24,661 nt of DNA from Halodesulfurarchaeum sp. (GCA_042216015.1 JBDGUI010000037.1:1-24661), one strand, 5' to 3'. Counted from the first letter of the stretch, positions 7,840 to 18,195 are shown. Notes: generated by a model not told the origin, from the letters alone. A program made the numbers and translations.

Positions 7840-8850
7840 ATGACTCCTGCAGCCGACATCGATCTCGGATTCGTGGACCTCGGCTCGACCGGCATCCAGA
7901 CGAGCGAACTCCAGTTCGGCACCTGGCGGTTCGGGAAGGAAACCGAGGAGGGCAACGTCGAAATCGGTGAGGGGCGGGGGAAGAAGCTCCTCGACGCCTA
8001 TGAGGAGGCCGGCGGCCGATACATCGATACCGCCGACGTCTACGGCGGGGGAACGGCCGAGCGCTGGATCGGCGACTGGCTCGCCGACCGTGAACGCGAG
8101 CGCTATACCATCGCCTCGAAGATCTACTGGCAGATCCGGGAGGGGGATCCGAACAGCCGGGGCACCAACCGGAAGAACCTGCGTCATCGCATCGACGCGT
8201 TGCTCGAGCGTCTCGGGACCAACTACATCGACGTCCTCTACATCCATCGCTGGGACGACGCGACCTCGCCCCGCGAGATGATGAAGACGCTGAATGGCCT
8301 GGTGGAGTCGGGCAAGGTGAACTACCTCGGGGCCTCCACGCTTCGCCCCAACGCCTGGAAGGTCGCCCGGGCAAACGATATCGCTCGCGAACGGGGCTGG
8401 GAGCCCTTCACCGTCCTTCAGCCGCGATACAATCTCGTCGACCGGGAGATCGAGGGCGGTTACCTCGAGATGGCTCGCCACGACGACCTCGCCGTCTGCC
8501 CGTGGAGTCCGCTCGGACAGGGCTTTCTCACCGGGAAGTACAGCCGCGAGGAGGGACTCACTGGCGAGTCTCGGGCCGCCGAATCGAGCCGCTTTGCTGA
8601 GTCCTATCTCACCGAGACGAACTTCGACGTCCACGACGAGCTGAGCGCGATCGCCGAGGAGGTCGGGGCGACGCCGGCCCAGACAGCCCTCGCGTGGCTC
8701 ATGCACCGCGACGGAGTGACTGCCCCGATCGTCGGCGCCCGGACGGTCGAACAGCTCGAAGAGAACCTGGGGGCCGCCGCGATCGAGCTCACCCAGGGCC
8801 AGGTCGACCGACTGACCGAGGCCAAGGAGGGGCCTTACGGGAACCTCTGA
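7840..8850 (+). CDS. Aldo/keto reductase
   Basis: LQFGTWRFG, IDTADVYG (catalytic Asp/Tyr), IASK, YIDVLYIHRWD, QPRYNLVDR, PWSPLGQGFLTGKY, PIVGARTVEQLEEN. Confidence 0.95.
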   Translation: MTPAADIDLGFVDLGSTGIQTSELQFGTWRFGKETEEGNVEIGEGRGKKLLDAYEEAGGRYIDTADVYGGGTAERWIGDWLADRERERYTIASKIYWQIREGDPNSRGTNRKNLRHRIDALLERLGTNYIDVLYIHRWDDATSPREMMKTLNGLVESGKVNYLGASTLRPNAWKVARANDIARERGWEPFTVLQPRYNLVDREIEGGYLEMARHDDLAVCPWSPLGQGFLTGKYSREEGLTGESRAAESSRFAESYLTETNFDVHDELSAIAEEVGATPAQTALAWLMHRDGVTAPIVGARTVEQLEENLGAAAIELTQGQVDRLTEAKEGPYGNL

Positions 8851-10686
8851 TCACGAGGAGAGCGTCCGTTCGGTGACGGGGACCCCTTTGCTCGAGAGGT
8901 GATGCATCTGCTGGAGGGCAAAATCGGCCTCCCTGGAGTTCGCCGTGGCGAGGACCACGACCTCGGCGTTCCCCGAGGGACGCATCAGCCGACCCGCCCG
9001 CTGGGTCCCCTGCCGGCGGGACCCGCCCAATCCGGAGGCGATCACCGCGAGTTCGGCGTCCGGGAGGTCGATCCCCTCGTCCCCGACCCGGGAGACGATC
9101 AGGGTCCGGTGCTCGCCCCGTCTGAACCCCTGGAACAGCCTCGCCCGTTCGGCGTGGGGGGTTTCGCCACTCACGAAGGGCACGTCGAGTTCCCTGGCCA
9201 ATTCTTCGCCCTGGTCGAGGTACTCGACGAAGAGGAGGGTCTTTGCGTCTGGCCGTTCGGCGAGCACGTCTTTTACCGCCTCGATCTTGGCCGGGTTCGT
9301 CGCCGCCAGTTGTCGTTTCTGGTGGTGGCTGGATTCGGCGTATTGCTCGGTTAGCCCCTCGTCTTCCCACGGGACGTACCTGATCTCGACGGCGGGTTGC
9401 TCGACGAACCCGGCGTCGAAGAGCGCGTCCCAGTCGGTCCCGATCGGGGGTCCGATCAGGGTGTAGATGTCACGCTCGCGGTCGTCCTCGCGGAGCGGCG
9501 ACGCGGTCAATCCCAGCCGGTGTTTGCCTTGCAGGTTCGCGGTCGTGCGGGTGACAGGTGAGGGCACTCGATGGGCCTCGTCGTAGACGATGAGTCCCCA
9601 GCGACGGCTGTCGAAGAGCCCCCGGTGTCGCTCCATACTGGCGATCCGGTAGGTGGCGATGGTGACCGGCCGGATCTCCTTCTCGCCGCCGTGGAACTCG
9701 CCGATATGCTCGGACGTGAGGTCGGTGTGCCGGAGGAGTTCCTCACGCCACTGGCCGGCCAGCTCGCGGGTCGGAACCAGCACGAGTGTTTCGGATTCGA
9801 GTGCGGCCACGATCCCGATCGCGGCGACGGTCTTCCCGCTCCCCGCCGGGCCGACCAGGACCCCCGATCCCGCCTCGAGGAAGCGCTCGAGCCAGTCGGC
9901 CTGGTAGTCCCGCAACTCGACGTAGAGCGAGATGTCGAGGTGATCGCCCTCTGCCAGCTCTCGCTCGTCCAGGACGGGATACCCGGCGTCATAGAGGATG
10001 CGCTTGATTTCGGCCTCGCGCCCCTCGACCACCCAGCTCGTGTCGTCGTCGATCGGACCGTGGAGATGCTCGTCGTCGAGTTCCTCGCGGGCGATGTTGC
10101 CCATCAACGAGTCGCTCGCCGCCTCGAGGACCGTGTACCCCTCTTCGTGGGTCCGAAGCGCGAACTGCCGGGCGCGTCGCCACTGGGATTCGATCCACTC
10201 CTCCAGCTTCGGGTTCTCCTCACCGAGCACGTCCCGAACCGTGCCACGAAGGGACTCGAAGGTATCGTGGGGCGCCGCCCAGACGTCCTCGCGGCGGATC
10301 TCGTATCGATAGCCAGCCCGTCCGTTCGTTTCGGCGAGTCGAGCGAACTGGGAGACCTGGGCCCGCGTGAACTGCTTGGGCCGGTCGACGATCACCTCGT
10401 GACTGTCGGGGAACGGGACGACTCGCTCCCGATGGGTCGACTTCTTCCACTGCTCGGCGAAGAACACGACCGGGTCGGTCTCGACGCCGAGCCGAGCCAC
10501 CTGGTCGGCCTCGACCAGCGACTCGAGCATGTCGTCGGCCGCGGACTGCGTACAGTCGAGGGCGTCGGCGATGTCGCTCGCGGTGACGACCGGCCGCTCG
10601 ACGGCCTCGATCGCGTCGCGGAACGCCTCGATGGGCGACTCGTACTCGGGAGGCGGCTGATCGGGGGCGGAATCGGACCGGGTCAC
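8851..10686 (-). CDS. XPB/Rad25-like SF2 (DEAH) helicase with N-terminal HTH-like extension
   Basis: Q motif LRDYQ, Walker A GPAGSGKT, DEAH box, motif III LTAS, VGDEGIDLPD and motif VI QRAGR. GTG start. Confidence 0.88.
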   Translation of the reverse strand: MTRSDSAPDQPPPEYESPIEAFRDAIEAVERPVVTASDIADALDCTQSAADDMLESLVEADQVARLGVETDPVVFFAEQWKKSTHRERVVPFPDSHEVIVDRPKQFTRAQVSQFARLAETNGRAGYRYEIRREDVWAAPHDTFESLRGTVRDVLGEENPKLEEWIESQWRRARQFALRTHEEGYTVLEAASDSLMGNIAREELDDEHLHGPIDDDTSWVVEGREAEIKRILYDAGYPVLDERELAEGDHLDISLYVELRDYQADWLERFLEAGSGVLVGPAGSGKTVAAIGIVAALESETLVLVPTRELAGQWREELLRHTDLTSEHIGEFHGGEKEIRPVTIATYRIASMERHRGLFDSRRWGLIVYDEAHRVPSPVTRTTANLQGKHRLGLTASPLREDDRERDIYTLIGPPIGTDWDALFDAGFVEQPAVEIRYVPWEDEGLTEQYAESSHHQKRQLAATNPAKIEAVKDVLAERPDAKTLLFVEYLDQGEELARELDVPFVSGETPHAERARLFQGFRRGEHRTLIVSRVGDEGIDLPDAELAVIASGLGGSRRQGTQRAGRLMRPSGNAEVVVLATANSREADFALQQMHHLSSKGVPVTERTLSS

Positions 10687-10789
10687 ACACGTTGTAGCGA
10701 CCGAGGGAAGTTAAGCCCCTCACTGCCGGCGGGAGAACCAACGCGGTCGGGCACAAGGGATAACTCGGGCGACCCAGTACGGTGTTTCA

Positions 10790-11866
10790 ATGATCGACGT
10801 CGCCGTGGTCGGGGTCGGGCCACCCGGGGCTCATTTCGCCCGTCGGGCTGCAGCACAGGGCCACGAGGTCGTGGCCCTCGAACGGGGCGCGGTCGGTGAA
10901 CCCCTTGCCTGTTCGGGTCACGTGAGCCGCGATCTCTGGGATTTCCTGCCCGAGGACGCCCCGGAACGGATTCGCCAGAACGAGATTCGCGGGGCCCGAT
11001 TTCATCTCGAGGAGGACCGCGAGCGAACCTACCCGTTCTACCGCGAGGAACCCATCTCGAACGCCGTCGACAGGGTCGGCCTGGACCGCTTACTCGCCGA
11101 CCTCGCGGCCGACGCCGGGGCGGAGGTCCGTCCACACCACACGGTGACGGCGGTCGAGGAGCGGGCGGATAGGGTTTCGCTGACGGTACAGGGACCCGAC
11201 GGCGAGGAGACCATCGAGGCTGCCCTGGTCGTGGGAGCCGACGGACCGACCTCGACGGTCCGCCGGGAACTCGGTCTGCCGGAACCCGATGAGCTCCTCG
11301 TCGGCCTCCTGGCGCATCTTCCGGGGCCGGACCACGGGGACTTCGTCGACGTCTCGCTCACGGTTCCCCGGTTTTTTGGATGGCGGATCCCCCGTGGGGA
11401 GGCTGGCGTCGAGTACGGCCTCGCCGCGCCGCCGGAGTACGACGTGGCGACCCATCTCGACCGGATGCTGGAACGGGACGGGCTTTCGGGTGGCCAGCGC
11501 TTCGGTGGTCACATCCCGATTGGCCCGCCGGATCGCGTGCAATCCGACCGGGCGATCCTCCTCGGAGACGCCGCCGCACAGACCAAGCCCTTTACGGGTG
11601 GGGGAATCCTCTACGGCCTCCGCGCCGCGGAAATCGCGGCCGATACCCTCGACCCCACTGCGCCCGATACGGAGGCCTACGAGCGGGCGTGGCGCGCGGA
11701 ACTCGGCACCGAGATACGGCTCGGAAGGTGGCTTCGCAGGGGCTATTCGGTTCCGGACCCGCTTGCCCGCCTGGGGCTCAGGGCGTTCTCGGGAGAGATC
11801 GGCGTTCACATGGACGAACCGACGTCGCTCTTCTCTCGGGAAGCCATTGGGGCGCTCTTCCGGTGA
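10790..11866 (+). CDS. Geranylgeranyl reductase-family FAD-dependent oxidoreductase
   Basis: Rossmann VAVVGVGPPG, PLACSG, VGADGPTS, LLGDAAAQTKPFTGGGI. Confidence 0.88.
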   Translation: MIDVAVVGVGPPGAHFARRAAAQGHEVVALERGAVGEPLACSGHVSRDLWDFLPEDAPERIRQNEIRGARFHLEEDRERTYPFYREEPISNAVDRVGLDRLLADLAADAGAEVRPHHTVTAVEERADRVSLTVQGPDGEETIEAALVVGADGPTSTVRRELGLPEPDELLVGLLAHLPGPDHGDFVDVSLTVPRFFGWRIPRGEAGVEYGLAAPPEYDVATHLDRMLERDGLSGGQRFGGHIPIGPPDRVQSDRAILLGDAAAQTKPFTGGGILYGLRAAEIAADTLDPTAPDTEAYERAWRAELGTEIRLGRWLRRGYSVPDPLARLGLRAFSGEIGVHMDEPTSLFSREAIGALFR

Positions 11867-11915
11867 ACGGGCGGCGTTTCGGGGGTGAACCGGCGACACA
11901 TCGCCGTTCGATCGC

Positions 11916-12215
11916 TCAGAATCCCAGCACCGCTTTCAGCCACGCGAAAAAGCCGGGTGCCGCCTCCTCGGAGCCCGATTCGGGTTCGATTGCCTTGGAG
12001 GCGACGACGAACACCGTTCGCTCCCCGTCGGTTTCGACGGCGACCAGCCCGGCCTCCTGGAGTCCCGTCAGTGCGACTTCCAGCTGATCGATGTCTGTAT
12101 CCACGACCGAGCGCAATTCGAACAATGTCATTCCCTCCTCGTGGCGATCGGCGAGTGCCTCGAGCACCGCCCGCTGGGTCTCGTCCCTGTCGCGGTGCTC
12201 GGCCCGGAGTTTCAT
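11916..12215 (-). CDS. Small conserved haloarchaeal winged-helix-like protein (DUF6432-like)
   Basis: ATG 12215 gives MKLRAEHRDRDETQRAVLEALADRHEEGMTLFELRSVVDTDIDQLEVAL..., acidic with an amphipathic C-terminus. TATAAG lies ~26-30 nt upstream on the minus strand. Family name is from recall. Confidence 0.75.
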   Translation of the reverse strand: MKLRAEHRDRDETQRAVLEALADRHEEGMTLFELRSVVDTDIDQLEVALTGLQEAGLVAVETDGERTVFVVASKAIEPESGSEEAAPGFFAWLKAVLGF

Positions 12216-12313
12216 GGTCGTCCGTATGCCGCCCCCCTTCTTATACAATTGGCTCGAACCCGTGATCGGCCCGAGCGGTACCCTTTTGCGGATGGGCCGG
12301 AAATCACGCGCCA

Positions 12314-13606
12314 ATGGGGCTCAGGTGTTCACTGCTCGGCCACGCCTACGGGGAGCCGGTGACCGAGCGCGAGCGGGAGCGACGGGGGGACGAGGAGGTC
12401 GTGACGGTGACGAAGCTCCGCACCTGCACGCGATGTGGAGCCGAGACGGTACTCTCGGAGAACACGGAGGTCCGCCACCTCGACTCGGTGCGGGAGACGC
12501 TGGAGCAGCAACCGACGGCCCCGGAGGAGGGTGGGGGAGATGGCCCCTCCTCAGGGCCCGAACCGGCGGCCGACACGGCGGAATCGCCCACCGGGGACTC
12601 GACCGAGACGACTGTCTCGGATCTCATCGAGACCGCTGAAGGCTCGAACAGCGCCACGTCCGATTCTCGTCCCGACGAATCGAGCCCAACCGGGGCCCAG
12701 GCAGGCGAATCGACGGCGGAACCGATCGAGACGAACACCGGAGACAGATCGACCGAGACTGGGGCCGGGGACGGACCGACCGGGACGAACGCCGGGGAGA
12801 CCCACTCGAGCGCGGAAAAAATCGGAACTGCAGCGGCGGACGGCGAACGGGGGACACCGGCGACCGAGCCAAGTGGCACTGGCAGCAGTTCGGCCGAATC
12901 GGAACCCGAGTCAGGGGATGCCGCTGACGACGGCATCATCATCGAGGATAGTGACGGATCGGTCGACGAACAGGCTGAAGAAGAATCGGTCGACCCAAAC
13001 GCTGTCGATTCGTCGGCCGAAGCGGGGACCGGGCAGGACGACTTTGGGAAGGTTGGCGAGAACCCCTCCACGGGCATGGATTCGGTCGACGACGTCGATG
13101 AGGCTCCGACGGATTCGAGGGAATCCCCCACCCGCCGACCGGAGTCACAGGCCCCGGAGGAACCACGGGACACAACGGACTCCACCGTCGAACCGGAGTC
13201 GATGTTCGGGACCGGAGAGGCCGAGGAAACGGGGGAGACGGCTTCCTCGGGGTCCGAACCGGCCGCGGAGCGAGATCACTGGAAAGAACGATCGCCGGCT
13301 GATGCCAGCAACGCCCAGGCGAGGGGCGAACCTGCCGATCGGTCGAGCGAGGGGAGAGCCGACCCGGCGTTTCAGTTCGAGTCCCCTGGTGACACCGAGG
13401 GGGAAACCGCAGAATCTTCGTCGACCAGGCGTGGACCGTCCGGAATCGCCAGCGAGGGCCCGCTCGAGGTCGACGAGGAGGGAGAGCGATCCTATGAATC
13501 CCTGGTGTGTCCGGAGTGTGGGTTCAGCGAGTCCGCGGTCTCTTCGCTCCGGGCCGGGGACATCTGCCCGGACTGCCATCGAGGCTACCTCGCCGGGCGG
13601 CGGTGA
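12314..13606 (+). CDS. Haloarchaeal protein with terminal Zn-binding motifs and a long acidic disordered linker (DUF7093-like)
   Basis: N-terminal CSLLGH...CTRCG, C-terminal CPECG...CPDC, and an E/D/S/T/G/P-rich middle. Confidence 0.8.
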   Translation: MGLRCSLLGHAYGEPVTERERERRGDEEVVTVTKLRTCTRCGAETVLSENTEVRHLDSVRETLEQQPTAPEEGGGDGPSSGPEPAADTAESPTGDSTETTVSDLIETAEGSNSATSDSRPDESSPTGAQAGESTAEPIETNTGDRSTETGAGDGPTGTNAGETHSSAEKIGTAAADGERGTPATEPSGTGSSSAESEPESGDAADDGIIIEDSDGSVDEQAEEESVDPNAVDSSAEAGTGQDDFGKVGENPSTGMDSVDDVDEAPTDSRESPTRRPESQAPEEPRDTTDSTVEPESMFGTGEAEETGETASSGSEPAAERDHWKERSPADASNAQARGEPADRSSEGRADPAFQFESPGDTEGETAESSSTRRGPSGIASEGPLEVDEEGERSYESLVCPECGFSESAVSSLRAGDICPDCHRGYLAGRR

Positions 13607-13643
13607 CGAAGGCGTTTTACCCGTCAAAGCGCTTCGCCGTGGT

Positions 13644-14036
13644 ATGAAGGAGTACAAAATGCGTCGTGGGGAGTACCTCGAAGACCGCGTGCCTGACCTC
13701 CAAGCCACGATCGAGGAGTACTTCGGCCGGGTCGACGGGACCGAGGAGATGGGTGGCGTGGAACTCTACGTCGTCTCCGATCCCGACAACGCCGTTTTCG
13801 ACCGGGTGCTCGCCGGCGTGGCGGATTACGGCTCGAAGAAGGACCAGCTCGCCGTCCACTTCGAGGAGCGGCCCGCAGAAGAGGTCATCGCGGCCGGGGA
13901 GGCCGACGCGGCGGCGGAGGCGGTCGACCTGAAAAACGAGTTCCTGCTCGAGGTCACCGGTCGGGACGCGAAGTCCCGACGCGAGTCCATGAAACGGACC
14001 GTCGAGGATTCGGACGACGTCCCCGAAGAGGTCTGA
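13644..14036 (+). CDS. Conserved archaeal hypothetical protein (DUF5611-like)
   Basis: ATG 13644 gives MKEYKMRRGEYLEDR...NEFLLEVTGRDAKSRRESMKR. The upstream part of the 533-aa ORF is an Arg-rich shadow frame. Confidence 0.8.
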   Translation: MKEYKMRRGEYLEDRVPDLQATIEEYFGRVDGTEEMGGVELYVVSDPDNAVFDRVLAGVADYGSKKDQLAVHFEERPAEEVIAAGEADAAAEAVDLKNEFLLEVTGRDAKSRRESMKRTVEDSDDVPEEV

Positions 14037-14048
14037 GACGAACCCGAT

Positions 14049-14399
14049 CTATCGGTTGAGCTTTTCTCGACTGATGCCGACCCCGGTCGGGGTGATGATG
14101 ATCTGATCGTCCCCCTTCTTCACGATGTCGCCGCCGACCTCCTTTGCGGTCTCCCGCAACTCGTCGATCGCGTGATCGACGGTCGAATCATCGGTGCGCA
14201 GGCGCGTGATGTCCGCGACGACCAGGTCGCCGTCGTAGACTGCATCCTTGATCGCGATCACGTCTTCCTGACCATCGATCTCGGCGATGTGCAGTTCCAT
14301 CTCTGTTTCGGCCTCGGCGGCGACGTCTTCGAGGTCCAGTTCGACATAGTCCCCGGTGCTTCCATCGCTGCCCCCGAGGATGCGATCCATGAATCCCAT
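14049..14399 (-). CDS. sepF: Cell division protein SepF
   Basis: Amphipathic N-terminus MGFMDRILGG, IKDAVYDGDLVVADI and GGDIVKKGDDQIIITPTGV..SREKL. Confidence 0.88.
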   Translation of the reverse strand: MGFMDRILGGSDGSTGDYVELDLEDVAAEAETEMELHIAEIDGQEDVIAIKDAVYDGDLVVADITRLRTDDSTVDHAIDELRETAKEVGGDIVKKGDDQIIITPTGVGISREKLNR

Positions 14400-14489
14400 G
14401 TCCCGAGGATGCTTCGCGCTGGGCAATAGTGTTTCCCCTCCGGGTCGCAGTGACCGATATCCGATCACCGCCGACAGAACGAGGCACGA

Positions 14490-16259
14490 TCAGTTCTCGA
14501 TGGAGTCGACGCCCGTGATCTCGAACCGGGCGCCGCCCGATTCCCCCTCGACGATCGTGATGTCCCATCCGTGGGCCTCGACGATCCCCTCGACGATACT
14601 CAGGCCCAAGCCCGTTCCGTCTTCGTCCGTCGAGTACCCGGCCTCGAACACCGCCCTCCGCCGATCCTCGGGAATGCCGGTGCCGTCGTCCTCGACGAAG
14701 AACCCGTTCTCGAGGTCGCCGGCGGTGATTTCAACGTCCTCTCCGTCGTGCTCGATGGCATTTCGAATGAGGTTCTCGAAGACCTGTCGGAGTCGGCTCT
14801 CGTCCGCCTCGATGGTGTGTTCGGTCTCGATGTGAATCTCGGCGCTTTCGGTCTCGACGCCCTGCCAGGATTCCTCGATTAGCGAGGCGAGTTCGACCCG
14901 TTCGGTATCGGTAACTGGCTCGCCCATTCGGGCGAGTTCCAGCAGGTCTTCGATCAGGGACTGCATGCGGTCGTGGGCCTGTTCGATGGCCGCGAGATGG
15001 TCCGAGTCACACTCCTCCTGGACCATCTCGAGTCGACCCTGGGCCACGTTGAGTGGGTTTCTGAGGTCGTGACTGACCACGGAGGCGAACTGCTCGAGTC
15101 GCTCCTCCCGCTCCTTTCGCTCGGTGATGTCCCGGGCGATGCTCAAGATCGCCTCGGTCCCCCCATAGGTGATCAGACTCGAACTGATCTCGACGGGAAT
15201 CGTCGATCCGTCCTTGCGACGGTGGACGGTCTCGAAGACCTGGCGTTCGTCCTCGGGCATGTCATCGATGAGTGAATCGATCTCCGCCGGCTCCAATCCC
15301 TCGTCGATGTCGTGGGGGTTCATCGATTCGAATTCCTCCCTCGAGTACCCGAGTTCATGTACGGCCGCGTCGTTGACGGCCAGGAACTCCCCGTCGGTAT
15401 CGATCACCCACGCCGTATCGTTCATCCCATCGAACAGTTCCTGGTACTCCTCGAATGCCTGTTCGAGTTCCCGCTCCCGCTCCACCCGCTCGGTCACATC
15501 CCGTGTCACGCTGACCACGCCCTCGATTGAGCCGTCGACCCGCAGCGGACTCATGTTGTACTCCAAAATGGCGTATCCATGATCCGGGAACGCCGCTTCG
15601 ACCGTTCCAGTGAGCTTTTCGAGGTCCCCGTCAAGCAATTGCTGGTACGGGTCTCCGTCGTACTGCTCCCGGATGAGGGGGATCAGGTTGCTCTTCTCGC
15701 CCTCCAGTTCCTCCCGACTCGTCCCATACCACTCCGCGAGGTACTCGTTGACCAGGACGAAGCGGTGGTCCTCGTCGTAAATGCAGGCCGGCGCGAGCAT
15801 CGAGTGGACCAGCCGCTCATATGTTTGCAGCTCCCGTCGCCGGCTTTCGAGCTCCTTTTCGGCCCGGTAGGTCATGGCGGCGTCGACGATACGGTTCGCG
15901 AGCACCGGGTACTGCTCCGGGAATTGGCGCTTTCGGAAGTAATCTGTCACCCCCGCTCCAATGGCCTCGCTTGCGATCCCCTCAGAGCCCTTCCCCGTGA
16001 GCAACACGAAGGGGAGGGACGGATCGACCTCACGGACCGACCGGAGAAATTCGATCCCGTTTCGCTCCGGGAAGTCATAATCGGCGACGACACATTCAAA
16101 AGAGCCCGTTTCGACGGCCTCGATTCCCGCCTCGACGGAGGACGCCGTCTCGACCGAAAGAAGAGCATCCGCATCCTCCAGCCGTCGAGCCATCAGCTCG
16201 GGATAATCCGGCTCATCGTCCACGACGAGCACGTCGATGTCTTCGGTCCCTGCCGTCAT
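14490..16259 (-). CDS. Hybrid sensor histidine kinase REC-PAS-PAS-HisKA-HATPase
   Basis: Receiver VLVVDDE...CVVADYDFP...LLTGKGSE, two PAS/PAC repeats ending RDVTER and RDITER, H-box SHDLRNPL, N-box ENLIRNAIEH, G-boxes DDGTGIP and GTGLGL. Confidence 0.93.
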   Translation of the reverse strand: MTAGTEDIDVLVVDDEPDYPELMARRLEDADALLSVETASSVEAGIEAVETGSFECVVADYDFPERNGIEFLRSVREVDPSLPFVLLTGKGSEGIASEAIGAGVTDYFRKRQFPEQYPVLANRIVDAAMTYRAEKELESRRRELQTYERLVHSMLAPACIYDEDHRFVLVNEYLAEWYGTSREELEGEKSNLIPLIREQYDGDPYQQLLDGDLEKLTGTVEAAFPDHGYAILEYNMSPLRVDGSIEGVVSVTRDVTERVERERELEQAFEEYQELFDGMNDTAWVIDTDGEFLAVNDAAVHELGYSREEFESMNPHDIDEGLEPAEIDSLIDDMPEDERQVFETVHRRKDGSTIPVEISSSLITYGGTEAILSIARDITERKEREERLEQFASVVSHDLRNPLNVAQGRLEMVQEECDSDHLAAIEQAHDRMQSLIEDLLELARMGEPVTDTERVELASLIEESWQGVETESAEIHIETEHTIEADESRLRQVFENLIRNAIEHDGEDVEITAGDLENGFFVEDDGTGIPEDRRRAVFEAGYSTDEDGTGLGLSIVEGIVEAHGWDITIVEGESGGARFEITGVDSIEN

Positions 16260-16317
16260 GGGCACTCGATCACATCCACAAATTAGTGTCACCGAAGTTA
16301 TATCGGTTTCGACGGAC

Positions 16318-16797
16318 TCACACGTCGAATTCGAACAGTTCGTCACCGACGTGGTGCAGCGACCGGACGACCTTCCCCTCGGGGCCGGTCATCTCATCGC
16401 CGTCTGTGAGGGCCTCGCCGATGGCCAGGGCCTTTCCATGGGTCTCCTCGACGATGACGACGAGGTCTCCCGCCTCGATGGCCGGGTCGGCCTCGGTGAT
16501 GCCCGGACGCATGACGTCCGCCCCGTCGCTCACGAAGGAGATCGCGCCGGCGTCGACGGTCACGAGGTGGTTCGTCGGTTCGTAGGCGTTTGCACCCCTG
16601 ACGGTGAGAAACGGTTCTCCCTCGGGATACCAGACATGGGGCTTGCCGTCGATGAGGCCGACCTCGAAGTCCTCGTCCGCGAACTCGACGAGCTCGATGC
16701 TCGCGGCGTCGATCCCGATCCCGAGCCGATCGGCGAGGGTCTCCTCGATGGCCCGGACTTCGTCGCTGCGGAGGTGATGGCGGGAGGACACGTCCAT
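16318..16797 (-). CDS. PUA-domain RNA-binding protein (DUF1947 + PUA)
   Basis: ATG 16797 gives MDVSSRHHLRSDE...VTVDAGAISFVSDGADVMRPGI...HGKALAIG...GKVVRSLHHVGD. Confidence 0.9.
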   Translation of the reverse strand: MDVSSRHHLRSDEVRAIEETLADRLGIGIDAASIELVEFADEDFEVGLIDGKPHVWYPEGEPFLTVRGANAYEPTNHLVTVDAGAISFVSDGADVMRPGITEADPAIEAGDLVVIVEETHGKALAIGEALTDGDEMTGPEGKVVRSLHHVGDELFEFDV

Positions 16798-16911
16798 GGG
16801 CATGCTCGGACGGGTTTGCAGATAAATCGCCCGCTCCGTCGGGTTCGACACTCCCCGTGACCCATCCCGGCCAGGCAAAGGACTAACTGCGGGTCCGGCC
16901 AAGGGAGGGTC

Positions 16912-18195
16912 ATGACGACGGACGAGCAGGCAGCGGCGGGGACCGCCGAGGGCCAGGGGCCGGTCGAGATCACGCCGGATCTTTCGGAGAGACTGGCGGC
17001 AAAACGCGAGGAGCTCTTCGAGAAGTTCGAGATCCCGGAGGGGTTTCCCGAGGCCGTGAGGGAGGAGGCCGCGGAGATCACGACCGACGTCCAGCCCGAG
17101 GTCGAGTCCGAACTGGAGTCCCGGCGTGACCTCCGGGAGATGACGACCTGGACGACGGATCCGATCGACGCCCAGGACTTCGACGACGCCATCTCCATCG
17201 AGGAGCGCGAGGACGAATTCGTCCTCTGGGTGCACATCGCGGACGTGACCCACTACGTCAGGCCGGGGACCGCCATGTGGGACGAGGCGCTCAGACGGGG
17301 GAATACGGTGTATCTCCCCGGCCACACGGTCCACATGCTCCCACCGATTCTCGCGGAGACGGTCTGCTCGCTGGTCGAGGCGGCGGACCGGCTCGCCCAC
17401 ACCGTCGAGATGCACCTCGATCGGGAGACCCTTTCCTTCGAGGACATCGAGATCTACAAGTCCGTCATTCGGAGTGACGCCCGGCTCACCTACAGCGAGG
17501 CCGTCGACCGCCTCGAGGACCCGGGAGCGCACCTGCACGACGAGATCGAACTGGTCTGGGAGGTTGCCGACCGCCTCCACGAACAGCGAAAGGAGGACGG
17601 TTCGCTCGTCTTGAATCCGCGACGCGACAGGGCCCACACGATCATCGAGGAGTCGATGCTCAAGGCGAACAAGGCGGTCACCCACGAGTTGATGTGGGAT
17701 CGGGGGCTCGAGGCCGTCTACCGCGTCCATCCCCAGCCATCGCCGGACGAGTGGGACGAGGCGCTCCGGGAGATTCAGGACCTCGAGGGCGTCTCGATTC
17801 CCGGTGACTCCTGGGACGACCCGCGGAAGGCGGTGAACGCGACCCTCGAGGAGGCCCCTGGCCGCCAGCTCGGGAAGATCCAGTGGGCGGTGATGAAGGT
17901 GATGCCCCGCGCGAAGTACATGAACGACCCATTCGGCGGCCACCACGCCCTCAACTTCGAGATCTACGGCCACTTCACCAGCCCGATCCGCCGGATGAGC
18001 GACCTCGTGAACCACTGGATCGTGTATCAGAACGACGTTCCCGAGAACCTCGTCGAACTCTGTGACCGCGCTTCGGAGCGACAGAAGGCCGCAGAGCAGT
18101 GCGAGCGGGAGTACGAGAACTTCCTCGAGGAGGTGGGTCTCAATCCTGACGCGGTGACGAACCGCGGCATCGAGGTCCTCGAGGAGGAGACCTGA
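16912..18195 (+). CDS. rnr: RNase R/RNase II family exoribonuclease (RNB domain only, haloarchaeal type)
   Basis: TTDPIDAQDFDDAIS catalytic motif, VHIADVTHYV, IIEESMLKAN, YGHFTSPIRRMSDLVNH. Confidence 0.92.
   Translation: MTTDEQAAAGTAEGQGPVEITPDLSERLAAKREELFEKFEIPEGFPEAVREEAAEITTDVQPEVESELESRRDLREMTTWTTDPIDAQDFDDAISIEEREDEFVLWVHIADVTHYVRPGTAMWDEALRRGNTVYLPGHTVHMLPPILAETVCSLVEAADRLAHTVEMHLDRETLSFEDIEIYKSVIRSDARLTYSEAVDRLEDPGAHLHDEIELVWEVADRLHEQRKEDGSLVLNPRRDRAHTIIEESMLKANKAVTHELMWDRGLEAVYRVHPQPSPDEWDEALREIQDLEGVSIPGDSWDDPRKAVNATLEEAPGRQLGKIQWAVMKVMPRAKYMNDPFGGHHALNFEIYGHFTSPIRRMSDLVNHWIVYQNDVPENLVELCDRASERQKAAEQCEREYENFLEEVGLNPDAVTNRGIEVLEEET

Noticed and set aside
12435..13643. Arg-rich N-terminal extension of the 533-aa ORF
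   Set aside because: Alternative frame overlapping the DUF7093-like gene. The real start is ATG 13644.
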